Of a stretch of DNA of 64,000 nt, positions 44,132-53,969 are shown in pieces; positions within the stretch are counted from its first letter, which is position 1; each line of letters opens with the position of its first letter. The DNA lies in assembly GCA_965116495.1 (NCBI GenBank), contig OZ220696.1, forward strand, positions 1,728,001 to 1,792,000, in the 5' to 3' direction. The stretch comes from Gammaproteobacteria bacterium (lineage in GTDB: Bacteria; Pseudomonadota; Gammaproteobacteria; Eutrophobiales; Eutrophobiaceae). The notes below the pieces were generated by a model. The model was given only the letters and a program-made list of their open reading frames with translations. It ran no database searches and was not told the origin of the DNA. The translations under genes and the position numbers were made by a program.

Positions 44132-44160
44132 AATATAAGACAATTTTTTGTCGATGTCAA
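44132..44160 (-). promoter_or_regulatory. Sigma70 promoter of the ATPase-RloB pair
   Basis: TTGACA-17 bp-TATATT. Confidence 0.65.
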
Positions 44161-44176
44161 TATTTAACAGATCCTT

Positions 44177-45070
44177 TTACTCCCTCTCCAATACCCCCTG
44201 ACAAGCAGCCGGCAAATCGGCCATCATGATTTCCGGCGGTTGATCCTCCGGCGCTCGCGGCGGCGGATACAACGCCTCATCGGTAAACCACCAGTCCAAT
44301 TCTTCATCGCAGCCGTCACCCTCGGGCGGTGATTCCTGTTCGATACACGCGCCTTCATTTGGACAATGCAAACGGACATGGAAATGGGAGTCATGACCCC
44401 ACCATGGCCGCACCTTGCGCAGCCAGTCAATGTCGTCTTCTCCCACGTCCTCGCAGAGGCGGCGCTTGATTGCCGCGTTCACGAAAATGCGGGCTACGGC
44501 CTCATCTCGCGCCGCGGCTTCAATAACCTGCGAGTGCGCACCGGTCCAATAACCGTTCACATGCAACCGGTTCACCGCGACCACTGAAGGAGAACTTATC
44601 TTCTCCCGTTCCGCCACGCTCAGCTCCAGGCTGTCCGGCGCACGCAGCCAGATATCAGCATCGAGGCCGATCTGGTGCGAACGGTGACTGGAGACCATGG
44701 GCCCGCCGCGCGCATGGCTGATGTCGCCCACGTAAAGCCCGGGCCAGCCGGCAGAATGGGCTGCGCGGGACAACCGCTCTATGAATGCAATCATGTCCGG
44801 ATGGCCCCAGTTGCGGTTGCGGGACAGGCGCATCGCCTGCCAGCCCGGCCCTGATTCGGCAAGCTGTGCCGCCCCGGCCAGGCATCCCGCAGCGTAACCG
44901 CCGAGTGACGCGGGAGCTGTGCTCGTCGGCGCATCTATCGCGCTGAAGGCGAACTTGGCCGGCTGCTCTTGCTGCGCGCCGGCGCTGAATGTGAGAATGA
45001 GGCTGACGGCGAACGCCGCTACCAGCCCGTTGCGACGGACCGCCGGACAGTTTCCAGGCATGCTTTTCAA
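44177..45070 (-). CDS. mepA: Penicillin-insensitive murein endopeptidase
   Basis: GGYAAGCLAGA, RNRNWGHP, GGPM..HRSHQ.GLDAD, RPWWGHDSHFHVRL. Confidence 0.92.
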   Translation of the reverse strand: MKSMPGNCPAVRRNGLVAAFAVSLILTFSAGAQQEQPAKFAFSAIDAPTSTAPASLGGYAAGCLAGAAQLAESGPGWQAMRLSRNRNWGHPDMIAFIERLSRAAHSAGWPGLYVGDISHARGGPMVSSHRSHQIGLDADIWLRAPDSLELSVAEREKISSPSVVAVNRLHVNGYWTGAHSQVIEAAARDEAVARIFVNAAIKRRLCEDVGEDDIDWLRKVRPWWGHDSHFHVRLHCPNEGACIEQESPPEGDGCDEELDWWFTDEALYPPPRAPEDQPPEIMMADLPAACQGVLERE

Positions 45071-45146
45071 TGGGCGCTGATTTCCGTCGATTTCCGTTTC
45101 TTACTGTTCTCGACCCACTGCGATAGTATAAATACCGGTCTGCTCC

Positions 45147-45575
45147 CTATTCCTCCGGCGTAAACTCGCTCATACTGGGCGGATAGGTATCGTACTTCGG
45201 CAAATCGTCGTCGATATCGCACCAGCTTGCCTTTGACTGCCAGAAGATATGCGCGGCGTGCCCGGTTTCAACCTCCCCGTCCAGGGTGGCGGCGGTGGCG
45301 GCCAGCACTTCGCCGCCGTTGATCTCTGCGACCAGGGCGGAGCCGCACACGCTGCAGAACAGCCTGGCGGAGTGGGAACTGGACTGGTAGCGGGCCACCA
45401 GTTCCTCACCTTCCACCCAGGTGAAATTCTCCAGTGTCACCGGTTCGATATAAGTACCGAACGCGGCGCCGTGATATTTCTGGCAGAAGGTACAGTGGCA
45501 ATGGTCGATATCATCGGAGGTGGTGATTACTTCGTAGCGGATTTTCCCGCACAGGCAACTGCCATGGGTTTTCAT
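45147..45575 (-). CDS. GFA/CENP-V family Zn-binding protein
   Basis: GSCLCG, CHCTFCQK, FCSVCGS. Confidence 0.9.
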   Translation of the reverse strand: MKTHGSCLCGKIRYEVITTSDDIDHCHCTFCQKYHGAAFGTYIEPVTLENFTWVEGEELVARYQSSSHSARLFCSVCGSALVAEINGGEVLAATAATLDGEVETGHAAHIFWQSKASWCDIDDDLPKYDTYPPSMSEFTPEE

Positions 45576-45654
45576 GGTTGTCTTTTTTCAGCTTGATATT
45601 TTTTGATGGTAGAGAGCCGATATTATGCCTTTTTAGGGAAGCATAAGTAAGACT

Positions 45655-45679
45655 GGATTCCCGCTTGCGCGGGAATGAC
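45655..45679. repeat. REP family D (dRS3-like) palindrome
   Basis: GGATTCCCGCTTGCGCGGGAATGAC. Confidence 0.85.
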
Positions 45680-45714
45680 GGCCGGGTTCCTGCTCGCGGT
45701 GGTTTCCTGCTCGC

Positions 45715-45853
45715 GCAGGAGCGTGTAAAGCGGCAGGATACCGGTCTCTTCGATAACCTTGAATAAAGGCAGGGCGAAATCACCGGGAATGCCGAAGATC
45801 TCCTTGACCCCATAGCCTTTCAAGGCCTTGAGCAATTGCTCGGCAAGATTCAT
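45715..45853 (-). pseudogene. N-terminal relic of an indolepyruvate/phenylpyruvate decarboxylase
   Basis: MNLAEQLLKALK.YGVKEIFGIPGDFALPLF..IEE.GILPLYTL; similarity stops before the catalytic HE motif. Confidence 0.75.
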
Positions 45854-46028
45854 TCGTCATCCTGTCCTGTCAGGGTATTTGCATTCCTTCGAGCGCGCCA
45901 AACGGCAGGGCCAAATACGGTGATGGCGCCAGATAGCGCTTCAAATCCGGCAGAACACTCCGTCTCTCCGGGTTTAATGCAGGTGTGATGGAATTGGCAG
46001 ACGCGCCGGCATCAAATACCCGACCAAT

Positions 46029-46397
46029 TCAACCCATGTGGAAAAAATCAAGCTTGTTTCCATCAAGGTCCCTGAAATAAGCAGCGTAAAAACCCGGCAT
46101 GCGCTCTCCAGGCGCACCTTCATCCGTACCACCCAGTTCCAGGGCCTTGGCGTACAATCTATCCACCGTTTCCTTGCTGTCCACTGCCAGGGCGACCATC
46201 GTGCCATTACCTGCTGTTGCAGGATTGCCGTCAAACGGCACGATTACACCAAATAAAGGCGAGCCTTCGCCGGTACTCCAGGTAACCAGACGTTCCAGTT
46301 CAAGCGCTCTCCCAGCGCCAATTTCTCCAAGTAACGCATCATAGTAGGCAGCAGAGCGGCCCAGGTCGTTAGTTCCAATTGTTACATAACCAATCAT
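46029..46397 (-). CDS. VOC/glyoxalase family protein
   Basis: IGYVTIGTND...GNGTMVAL...DEGAPG.R...FYAAYFRDLDGNKL. Confidence 0.9.
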   Translation of the reverse strand: MIGYVTIGTNDLGRSAAYYDALLGEIGAGRALELERLVTWSTGEGSPLFGVIVPFDGNPATAGNGTMVALAVDSKETVDRLYAKALELGGTDEGAPGERMPGFYAAYFRDLDGNKLDFFHMG

Positions 46398-46586
46398 AAT
46401 TACTCCTTAATGTAAAAGCCCGGTATGTTACCGTGATTAATGTATACCGCTGTATTCCGGTATTTCAGTTTATATTATTCCGTGACGCCTTATTTTGACT
46501 TTGCTTCCTTGCTCAACTCCACACCGGATATGATACCAGATTTGAATGTATCCATCCCGTACCCATCAGTAGCATAAGAATCGTTC

Positions 46587-48314
46587 CTACAGTTTCAGGA
46601 CTACCTTGGCGGTTGCAGGTTTGGCACTACAGAGTAACACCTGATTCTCTTCAGGTTGATGAGTTAAACTGACATCGTAATGTACCTTTCCTTCTTCCAG
46701 CCCGACACTGCAACTCTGGCATACACCCATACGACATGCATTAGCGGGAGATAAACCTGCGGATTCGGCAAGTTCCAGCAGTGTCAGATCTCCTTCAGCC
46801 GTCCATTGAACAGTTTTCCCCGCATGTGAAAAAACGACGGTAGCACTATCGAGTTGCCCGTGCTGGTTGCTACCACTATTGGACAGAAATGATTCCTGGA
46901 ATACGCGCTCAGGATTGGCCCCGGCACGTGCCAGCTCAGCATACAATTTGTCCCGGAACACCGGTGGACCACACATATAAATGTCGACCTCGACCAGGGG
47001 CATATCGATCCGTTTTCCTCCGTGAATGATATGGCAACCTTCCATAAAACTCTGAATATGCTCCAGGGACAGATAGCCCTTTATATGATAGTCCTCGCCA
47101 ATTTCATCATCTCCCGAGGGTTGATCATAAACATGGAGCATGGGAATCCCGTGTTCGCTCGCTATCAGGTCCAGTTCGGCGCGGAACGCCTGTACTGCAC
47201 GATTCCGGCAGCAATGGATAAAGTACAACGGTGGTGCCTTTTCGCCTCGCGCAAGGTGGGCCTTAAGCATGGAAAATAAAGGTGTGATCCCAACCCCTCC
47301 GGCTATCAGCAGTATGGGTTTGAAACCAGTGCGATCCAGCACAAAGCGCCCCATGGGCGGACTAATGGATAAATTTGAACCTGCCTTGATTTGCTCGTGC
47401 ATTAAACCGGAACCTGAGCCTTGCGGTTCCTTTTTGATGCTGAGGCGATAATGATCCGGTTCATCCTGGTAATCCGACAGGCTCCACACACGAATCAGGG
47501 GTGACCCGGCATTAACCGGGAGTTGCACGGTAAGAAATTGACCTGCCCTGTAGCCGGCTAACGGCTGATCATCCCCGGGCTTCAAAATAAAGGATTTAAC
47601 CTCGGCGGTTTCTTCAATGACCTCAGCGACGCTGAATTCACGCCAACCCTGCCAACGACCCTGGCGGGTGCGTTCCTGATCCAGGGTTTGATACAGTTTG
47701 TTGCGTAACAATAAAGCGGAGGTTTCGCTGAGTCCCGGCAAGGCAAGGATGTGTTGCAACTTCTGCTTGTCGATAGCCTTGCCGAAGATATATTGGGCAA
47801 TTTCATGAATGGTGACACTGTCTGTGGCTTTGCTGACAATTTTCACCTCATCACCGGCTTGAATCGCCCCTGTCCGCTGCACATTAAAATACACCCCGCT
47901 TTTCCCGGACAGGGCGAATTCCCTGATAAATGTTTCCGGCTGACCCATATGCCAACACAGTTTAAAACAGGGTACACGCGGGCCGGATACCTTGAGTTGA
48001 GCCTCTGCACCAATGGAAAGCACATCTCCAACCTGCAACTGCGCCTCATCCAGTCCGGCAACGGACAGGTTTTCTGCGAAATAACCCGGCGCCCACTTCA
48101 ACTTTGCATCCAGCCGCTCTGCCCAGTATTTGTAATGTTCCCGGGCAATGGCATATACAGCGTCGGTATGCACAGCTACTTCATTACCTTCGATGCCGTG
48201 CTCGTTGATCCGTATCGAACCAGTTACACGGTTTTTTAAATAGGCTGTCTTTACCGGTTGGCCGTGGATATCCAGTTCCCGTGTCTTGCCGGTGCAGATA
48301 TCAATCAGTTTCAT
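46587..48314 (-). CDS. MOSC (YiiM-like) plus FAD/NAD reductase plus 2Fe-2S ferredoxin fusion
   Basis: FAENL, PRVPCFKL (Moco Cys), SGVYF; RVWSLS, GGVGITP, YMCGP; CRMGVCQSC...LLC. Confidence 0.88.
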   Translation of the reverse strand: MKLIDICTGKTRELDIHGQPVKTAYLKNRVTGSIRINEHGIEGNEVAVHTDAVYAIAREHYKYWAERLDAKLKWAPGYFAENLSVAGLDEAQLQVGDVLSIGAEAQLKVSGPRVPCFKLCWHMGQPETFIREFALSGKSGVYFNVQRTGAIQAGDEVKIVSKATDSVTIHEIAQYIFGKAIDKQKLQHILALPGLSETSALLLRNKLYQTLDQERTRQGRWQGWREFSVAEVIEETAEVKSFILKPGDDQPLAGYRAGQFLTVQLPVNAGSPLIRVWSLSDYQDEPDHYRLSIKKEPQGSGSGLMHEQIKAGSNLSISPPMGRFVLDRTGFKPILLIAGGVGITPLFSMLKAHLARGEKAPPLYFIHCCRNRAVQAFRAELDLIASEHGIPMLHVYDQPSGDDEIGEDYHIKGYLSLEHIQSFMEGCHIIHGGKRIDMPLVEVDIYMCGPPVFRDKLYAELARAGANPERVFQESFLSNSGSNQHGQLDSATVVFSHAGKTVQWTAEGDLTLLELAESAGLSPANACRMGVCQSCSVGLEEGKVHYDVSLTHQPEENQVLLCSAKPATAKVVLKL

Positions 48315-48367
48315 CCTTTTTTTATCCCAACCTGAAATGGACGGGATTAACTCCGTTTACCGCGCGT

Positions 48368-49171
48368 TCAGTAACAACTGCCGAAAAAGTCAAGCACCTG
48401 CGCGTTGAATTCCTCCGCGTACTCATGGAAAGAAAGATGGTCGGGCATGTAATGTATTCTTGCATTCGGCTGATTCTTTCTGATCCATTCACCGGCTGCC
48501 TGTTTCCATTCCTCGCGCACAATCTGCAACACCGGTATTTCCTTGTCAATCCTACCCGCTACCTCCCTGTAATCCAAGTCAAAACTGATTTTGATGAGTT
48601 CACAGGCAATGTGTTCCGGTGTCTTGGCAGCTTCACGGAGCATGTCTTGCACGAAGACCTCCCCGGGGGCGCCGACGTAACAATAGCGCAGGTATTCCTC
48701 AAAAAATTTCAGGTGGCCGTATTTTGCGATTAACTCAAGGCTGGCCTGCAGTTCCTCCTCCTCACCTTCTCCCCAGTCGGACCCGTTCTCCTTCATGATC
48801 TTCGGCGGTTCATCGATACTGATAAACCCGCGCACATTACCGGTGCCGTGCTTTTCGAAATAGGAATAAGCGGCCGATACGCCCATGGACCAACCGGCGA
48901 TGATGCAATTCTCTATTCCCAGCCGGGTGATGAATTCATGCAGGTCGGCGCCGTGCCGGTCGTAGTTGTTACCGTCTGCCGTGACGCTTGAATCGCCGTG
49001 ACTGCGTGGGTCATAAGCCAGGACCCGGTAGTGTTCTGCGATTGCCGGGAGATTCCTGGAAAATACCCGGGTCGTATAAGTCCAGCCCGGTATGAAAATG
49101 ACCGGCTTGCCGCTACCGTATTCTACGTAAGAGAGCGCTAATTCATCGGACAGGACGATTCGCTTTTTCAT
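48368..49171 (-). CDS. Alpha/beta hydrolase (non-heme haloperoxidase/esterase-like)
   Basis: IPGW oxyanion motif, DPRSHGDS, GWSMG nucleophile, C-terminal His (DHLSF). Confidence 0.85.
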   Translation of the reverse strand: MKKRIVLSDELALSYVEYGSGKPVIFIPGWTYTTRVFSRNLPAIAEHYRVLAYDPRSHGDSSVTADGNNYDRHGADLHEFITRLGIENCIIAGWSMGVSAAYSYFEKHGTGNVRGFISIDEPPKIMKENGSDWGEGEEEELQASLELIAKYGHLKFFEEYLRYCYVGAPGEVFVQDMLREAAKTPEHIACELIKISFDLDYREVAGRIDKEIPVLQIVREEWKQAAGEWIRKNQPNARIHYMPDHLSFHEYAEEFNAQVLDFFGSCY

Positions 49172-51480
49172 CAGAAGTCCTTGCGGACCTCGAGACCGAA
49201 ACTGCGCGGGCGGTTGGTCATGATACGGGGCCGCCCCGGTTTCTCCGCCGCAATGGAACGGTTATCCGACAGGTTGGCGTGTTCGTTGGTCGCGTTTTTC
49301 ACAAACAGGGCCACGTCCCAACTGCCCGCCTGGTATGCGCCGATACGAAAATTAAGCAACTCGAAGGAATCCCTCATCCGCGGCGGCAATATTCCACTGT
49401 TGTTTCCACTGAGACTGTCGTCATACCAGGAATAATCACCACGGATATAACCTTCCCAATCGGCAAACAGCGGGAAGCTGTATTCGGCAGCGGCATTAAA
49501 GGTGACTTCGGGCACCTGGGTAACACGATCTCCTTCTTCCGTACCTGCCAGGGAATTGCCTGTTGTTATCTCGGCATCGGTGTAGCCAAAACCAATGGAT
49601 AAATTCAGGCCTTCTACAGGAACCGCCTCCAGTTCGACTTCAACGCCTTTATTCTTTGCCGCACCGGAATTCGCCACGTACTGGAATCCGCAGGCCAGCC
49701 GGTTCGTCTGCAGAATATCGTCCCAGTTGATATTGAACGCCGACACGTTCAGGTTCACCCGATTTTCAAACCAGGAAGATTTCATGCCCATCTCAAAATT
49801 CCACAGCGAGTCTGAATCGAACGTGGCCACATCCTCGCTGGTAATGCCCAGGCCGGCAAGCTCACCCGCACAAAGAAGCAGCGGTACGGACAGGTTTACG
49901 CCGCCCACGCGAAAACCCTTGGACGCGGAAGCGTAAACCAGCAGGTCGTCAGTGACATCCAGTTCCAGCAGGACCTTGGGCACAACCCTGGAACTGCTGC
50001 GTGAGGTACGCGGCAGGATTGTCGGACCACTGTTGACAAACCCTCCCCGGTCGGAGGTGAAATCGATGGTCGTATCGGACCAGCGCGCACCGGCGGTTAG
50101 TCTCAGGCCATCACTCAGTCTTAACGTCAGCTCACCGAACACCGCAATTTCTTCCGTATCCTGGTCATCGTACGTGTAAAACACCAGGTCGGAGCCCAGC
50201 AGGCCGGGGGGAACCGGCACCGGGAATCCGGGGGCAATACCCGTCAATATTGCATTGAGTGCACCGGTAAACTGCGCATTGATACCGGGTGCGAAGGACG
50301 GCGGATAGGTCAGGATATGTTCCCTGTCCTCGTAGAAGACACCCAGCGTCAAAGCTACATCGTTAAACGGCAGGTCGCCAAAATCGGTAATGAACCGCGT
50401 TTCGTGCACAAACGAAGAGTCCTCCTCTTCTTCATAGACAAAACTGGGTATGTGAGGCTCAGACAAGCCACTGGCCGCAAACAGCAACCCGTCAAGCGTG
50501 CCGGTCTGGTCCTCAAACTCCTCGATCTTTCGGTCGAACCCCGCCGTGGTGGATACGATCTCGCCAAAACCGGTATCGATATTCACGGTTACGCTGGCAA
50601 GCCACCATTCCTCCTCGCCGGGTTCCTCGATGTTGTTATGCCGGGGCACGTCAAAACTGCCCGGGGACAGGTCGGCCAGGGGCAGGTTATCCGAATCGGT
50701 GCGTTGGTACATGAACCGGGGTCTGATGCTGATGTTGTCCGCAGCATTCCACACGAACGAGATGGCGCCGCCGTAAAACTCGTCGTCATCGATGTTGTTC
50801 ACCGTATTGAACGCGAGCCTGTTGGAACCGGCTATATGTACCCGGTCAAACACGCCGGAATTCTGTGCGTAGTAAAATAGCGCACGGGCGCCCAGCACAC
50901 CTTCCACGATCGGCGCGTTCACGCTGCCGTCCACCCGCCAGTTGATGTCTCCCTCCTTGACGTCCGATATTGATGCCCCGAGATAGCCGTCAAACTCGTC
51001 GGCATCTGCCTGTTTCGTGATGACGCGCACCGTCCCGCCCATGGAACGCGCACCGTAAAGGGTGCCCTGGGGGCCGCGTAACACCTCTACCCGGGAAATA
51101 TCCGAGACCCGCGGGTTCATGTATTCCGGCACCGGGATATCGTCGATGTAAAAGCCGGTCGCACCGACCACACCGCCACCGGCCACGCCGCGGATTGCGG
51201 GAGAGCCCGAATTGAACCGGCCGTCAGCCTCGTTACTGAAGCCCAGGTTCGGGATCTTGACGCCGTAGTCGAATATCCCCTCGGCGCCGATACGCTGCAG
51301 TTCAAACTCGCTCAAAGCCGTGATGGACATGGCAGTATCCTGCAGGCTGGTCTCGCGCTTGGTCGCGGTAACGATGATCTCTTCAATAACCTGCGCCTGC
51401 ACCGGTTCCGCGGCAACCGGGCACAGCAGGAATAAAATTACCCATCGCCGGGTAAACATCATGATCTTTTTTCCAATCAT
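49171..51480 (-). CDS. TonB-dependent receptor
   Basis: Signal peptide, IEEIIVTATKR TonB box, EVLRGPQGTLYG, C-terminal F; start at 51480 preferred (ORF track 51570). Confidence 0.92.
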   Translation of the reverse strand: MIGKKIMMFTRRWVILFLLCPVAAEPVQAQVIEEIIVTATKRETSLQDTAMSITALSEFELQRIGAEGIFDYGVKIPNLGFSNEADGRFNSGSPAIRGVAGGGVVGATGFYIDDIPVPEYMNPRVSDISRVEVLRGPQGTLYGARSMGGTVRVITKQADADEFDGYLGASISDVKEGDINWRVDGSVNAPIVEGVLGARALFYYAQNSGVFDRVHIAGSNRLAFNTVNNIDDDEFYGGAISFVWNAADNISIRPRFMYQRTDSDNLPLADLSPGSFDVPRHNNIEEPGEEEWWLASVTVNIDTGFGEIVSTTAGFDRKIEEFEDQTGTLDGLLFAASGLSEPHIPSFVYEEEEDSSFVHETRFITDFGDLPFNDVALTLGVFYEDREHILTYPPSFAPGINAQFTGALNAILTGIAPGFPVPVPPGLLGSDLVFYTYDDQDTEEIAVFGELTLRLSDGLRLTAGARWSDTTIDFTSDRGGFVNSGPTILPRTSRSSSRVVPKVLLELDVTDDLLVYASASKGFRVGGVNLSVPLLLCAGELAGLGITSEDVATFDSDSLWNFEMGMKSSWFENRVNLNVSAFNINWDDILQTNRLACGFQYVANSGAAKNKGVEVELEAVPVEGLNLSIGFGYTDAEITTGNSLAGTEEGDRVTQVPEVTFNAAAEYSFPLFADWEGYIRGDYSWYDDSLSGNNSGILPPRMRDSFELLNFRIGAYQAGSWDVALFVKNATNEHANLSDNRSIAAEKPGRPRIMTNRPRSFGLEVRKDF

Positions 51481-51607
51481 TACTACCCCCATACAGATGT
51501 ATTTACATGATTTGACAAGGGACAGTATTACTGCTTGAATTAAGGGAGTGTTATCCTCAATGCGCAACATAGACGTATTTTTCAGGCTGAATCGGTGAGT
51601 ATGTGCG

Positions 51608-52597
51608 ATGGATTATCCGATTTGCGCAAAAAAACCTTCGATCAGGAAACTTCATCACCGGGACATCGATGAACAGGCGGCGCGGCTTACCGGTTACGAT
51701 CAATCCTACCAGCAGATCAGCAGGGGTCCTTTCAGCGGCACTTTCACCACCTGTGATATAAACCAGGAACTGAGTCTGTTTTTTGAAAAGACCAACCAGG
51801 TGGTATATCAAAATGCCACGGTCCCGCGTGGTTATTATGCGATCGGCTTGTTGATGAATACCGACAGGACGCTGACTCTGAACTGTGAACCCTTCCCCAA
51901 GGGAGCGGCGTTCATCCTGCCTCCAGGGGCCGAGATGGAGGGTATTTCATCGCCCGATATGAAAATCTGTATCATCCACGTATCCTGCGATTTACTGAAA
52001 CGCGAGCTTCAACACCAGTACCGGGAGTTGAACCTGTTTAAACCGGACCGTATCCCCTATATGCTCGTTAACAACGTTACGGAAACGTGGCCCCTGTATT
52101 CATTGCTGGAAGATTTTCTGACAGGGGCGGATAAAGTGCATCTTTCCCTGGAAGGCGCGAACCAGCTGGAGGCACTCAAAAATATCCTGCTGGAAACAAT
52201 ATGTTCGGTGTTTATCACCAGGAACGAGTCTGACAGGAATAAAACCGGCATGACGACAAGAACCAAACACCAGCGGCTGTTCCATGATGCACTCGACATA
52301 ATCAAGGATAATATTTGTGAAGAATTGACGGTCGGGAAGCTGTGCGAAGAACTGACGGCATCACGGCGCACACTGGAATACGTATTCAATGAGAACATCA
52401 GGATGAGCCCGGCCAAGTATATCAGGGCCTTGCGCCTCAATAACATCAGGCGGGAAATCCTGTCGGAGGAACACAGCACCCTGGGCGACATCGCGGCGAA
52501 ATGGGGCATCTGGCACCTGGGCCGCTTCGCCAAGGATTATTACCGGCTTTTCGGAGAACTGCCCTCCGCGACGAAAGGGAGTGTTTACCGGCGTTAA
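51608..52597 (+). CDS. AraC family regulator (EutR-like)
   Basis: N-terminal YQQISRGPF; C-terminal SRRTLEYVF...SPAKY...LN...DIAAKWGIWHLGRFAKDY..LFGELPS. Confidence 0.9.
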   Translation: MDYPICAKKPSIRKLHHRDIDEQAARLTGYDQSYQQISRGPFSGTFTTCDINQELSLFFEKTNQVVYQNATVPRGYYAIGLLMNTDRTLTLNCEPFPKGAAFILPPGAEMEGISSPDMKICIIHVSCDLLKRELQHQYRELNLFKPDRIPYMLVNNVTETWPLYSLLEDFLTGADKVHLSLEGANQLEALKNILLETICSVFITRNESDRNKTGMTTRTKHQRLFHDALDIIKDNICEELTVGKLCEELTASRRTLEYVFNENIRMSPAKYIRALRLNNIRREILSEEHSTLGDIAAKWGIWHLGRFAKDYYRLFGELPSATKGSVYRR

Positions 52598-52711
52598 CGG
52601 GTAAAAGAGCCCGGGGACGAAGAGCCTGAGGACGGACCCCCGCTTACAACATGCGGGGGCAATCAAATCCGTCCCCTGTAACTCCCTGAAACTCCCTGTA
52701 ATTCGTACCTG

Positions 52712-53776
52712 CTACAAGGCGTCCTGACCCAGGACTCCGCGCCGGACCTGGTCCTGCTCGATGGATTCAAACAGTGCCTGAAAATTGCCTTCGCCAAATC
52801 CCTCGTTGCCCTTGCGCTGGATAATTTCGAAGAAAATCGGCCCGATCACATTCCCGGTGAAGATCTGGAGCAGAGTCCCCTGATCTTCAGTGGGAGCACC
52901 GTCAATCAATATGCGGCGCTGTCTCAGGGCGTTCAGGTCTTCGCCGTGGCCCGGCAAGCGCCGGTCTACCCCGTCATAGTAGCTGTCGGGCGTATCCTGG
53001 AATACGACGTCGTGGCTGCGTAAGGCATCCACGGTCGCATAGATGTCATCCGTTGCCAGGGCGATGTGCTGGATGCCCTCACCGCGATATTCACTGAGAT
53101 ACTCCTCGATTTGTGATTTGTCGTCGGCAGATTCGTTGATCGGTATTCGAATCTTCCCGCACGGACTGGTCATGGCGCGGCTTTTCAGCCCGGTCAGTTT
53201 CCCTTCGATATCGAAATACTTCAGTTCGCGGAAGCTGAATAATGTCTCGTAGAACCCGGCCCACTTGTCCATATTACCGCGCCGGACGTTGTGGGTAAGG
53301 TGGTCCACACAGGTCAACCCGGTGCGCATGACCCGGTAATCGGTCTCAACCGGGACGAAATCCACGTCGTAGATGTTCCTGTCTCCATAACGGTCGACCA
53401 GGTACACGCGGCTGCCGCCGATCCCCTCAATGGCAGGGATATTCAATTCCATTGGTCCGGGCCTGGTTTCCACACCTTGCGCGCCCAGGTCAAGGGCCCG
53501 GGCATAGGCCCCGGCCGCGTCCCTCACCCGGAATGCGACGGCGCAGGTGGACGGTCCGTGCTGCTCGGCAAAGCGCTGTGCAAAACTGTCCGGTTCGGCG
53601 TTGATGATAAAGTTGATATCACCCTGTGAATGTAATGTGACGTTCTTGCCGCGGTGTTTTGCCGTTGCGGGAAAACCCATTTTTTCAAACAGGTCGCGCA
53701 GCAATTCCGGGTCGGGCGCGGTATATTCGATAAATTCGAAGCCGTCGGTGCCCATGGGGTTGTGGGTGTCGGTCAT
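52712..53776 (-). CDS. hppD: 4-hydroxyphenylpyruvate dioxygenase
   Basis: NPMGTDGFEFIE, DHLTHNV, GEGIQHIAL, LLQIFT, FFEIIQRKG..GFGEGNF; start at MTDTH with GAGG RBS. Confidence 0.96.
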   Translation of the reverse strand: MTDTHNPMGTDGFEFIEYTAPDPELLRDLFEKMGFPATAKHRGKNVTLHSQGDINFIINAEPDSFAQRFAEQHGPSTCAVAFRVRDAAGAYARALDLGAQGVETRPGPMELNIPAIEGIGGSRVYLVDRYGDRNIYDVDFVPVETDYRVMRTGLTCVDHLTHNVRRGNMDKWAGFYETLFSFRELKYFDIEGKLTGLKSRAMTSPCGKIRIPINESADDKSQIEEYLSEYRGEGIQHIALATDDIYATVDALRSHDVVFQDTPDSYYDGVDRRLPGHGEDLNALRQRRILIDGAPTEDQGTLLQIFTGNVIGPIFFEIIQRKGNEGFGEGNFQALFESIEQDQVRRGVLGQDAL

Positions 53777-53792
53777 ATTCACCTCTGTCGGA

Positions 53793-53890
53793 TAGTTGCT
53801 TACACAACTAATATTAGTTGCATAAACAACTATTGTCAACATTTTATGAGTACTAAGTAACTTGACACGGTGTTGGTCATAACTCAGAAT
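53793..53890. promoter_or_regulatory. Divergent promoters with tandem MarR-type operators TAGTTG-N6-CAACTA
   Basis: Operators at 53793-53810 and 53815-53832; hppD promoter TTGACA(53839)-17-TAATAT; forward promoter TTGACA(53862)-17-CAGAAT. Confidence 0.75.
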
Positions 53891-53969
53891 TGTTTCAAGG
53901 AGACAACATACCAGGGGCAATACGAACAGGACAGGTTGTCAGGATTTTGAAGGATACAGGAAAGGAACA

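Noticed and set aside
45854-46020. Possible gene 3' remnant (DLKRYLAPSPYLALPFGALEGMQIP) on the minus strand
   Set aside because: I cannot assign it to any family, so it is too weak to call.
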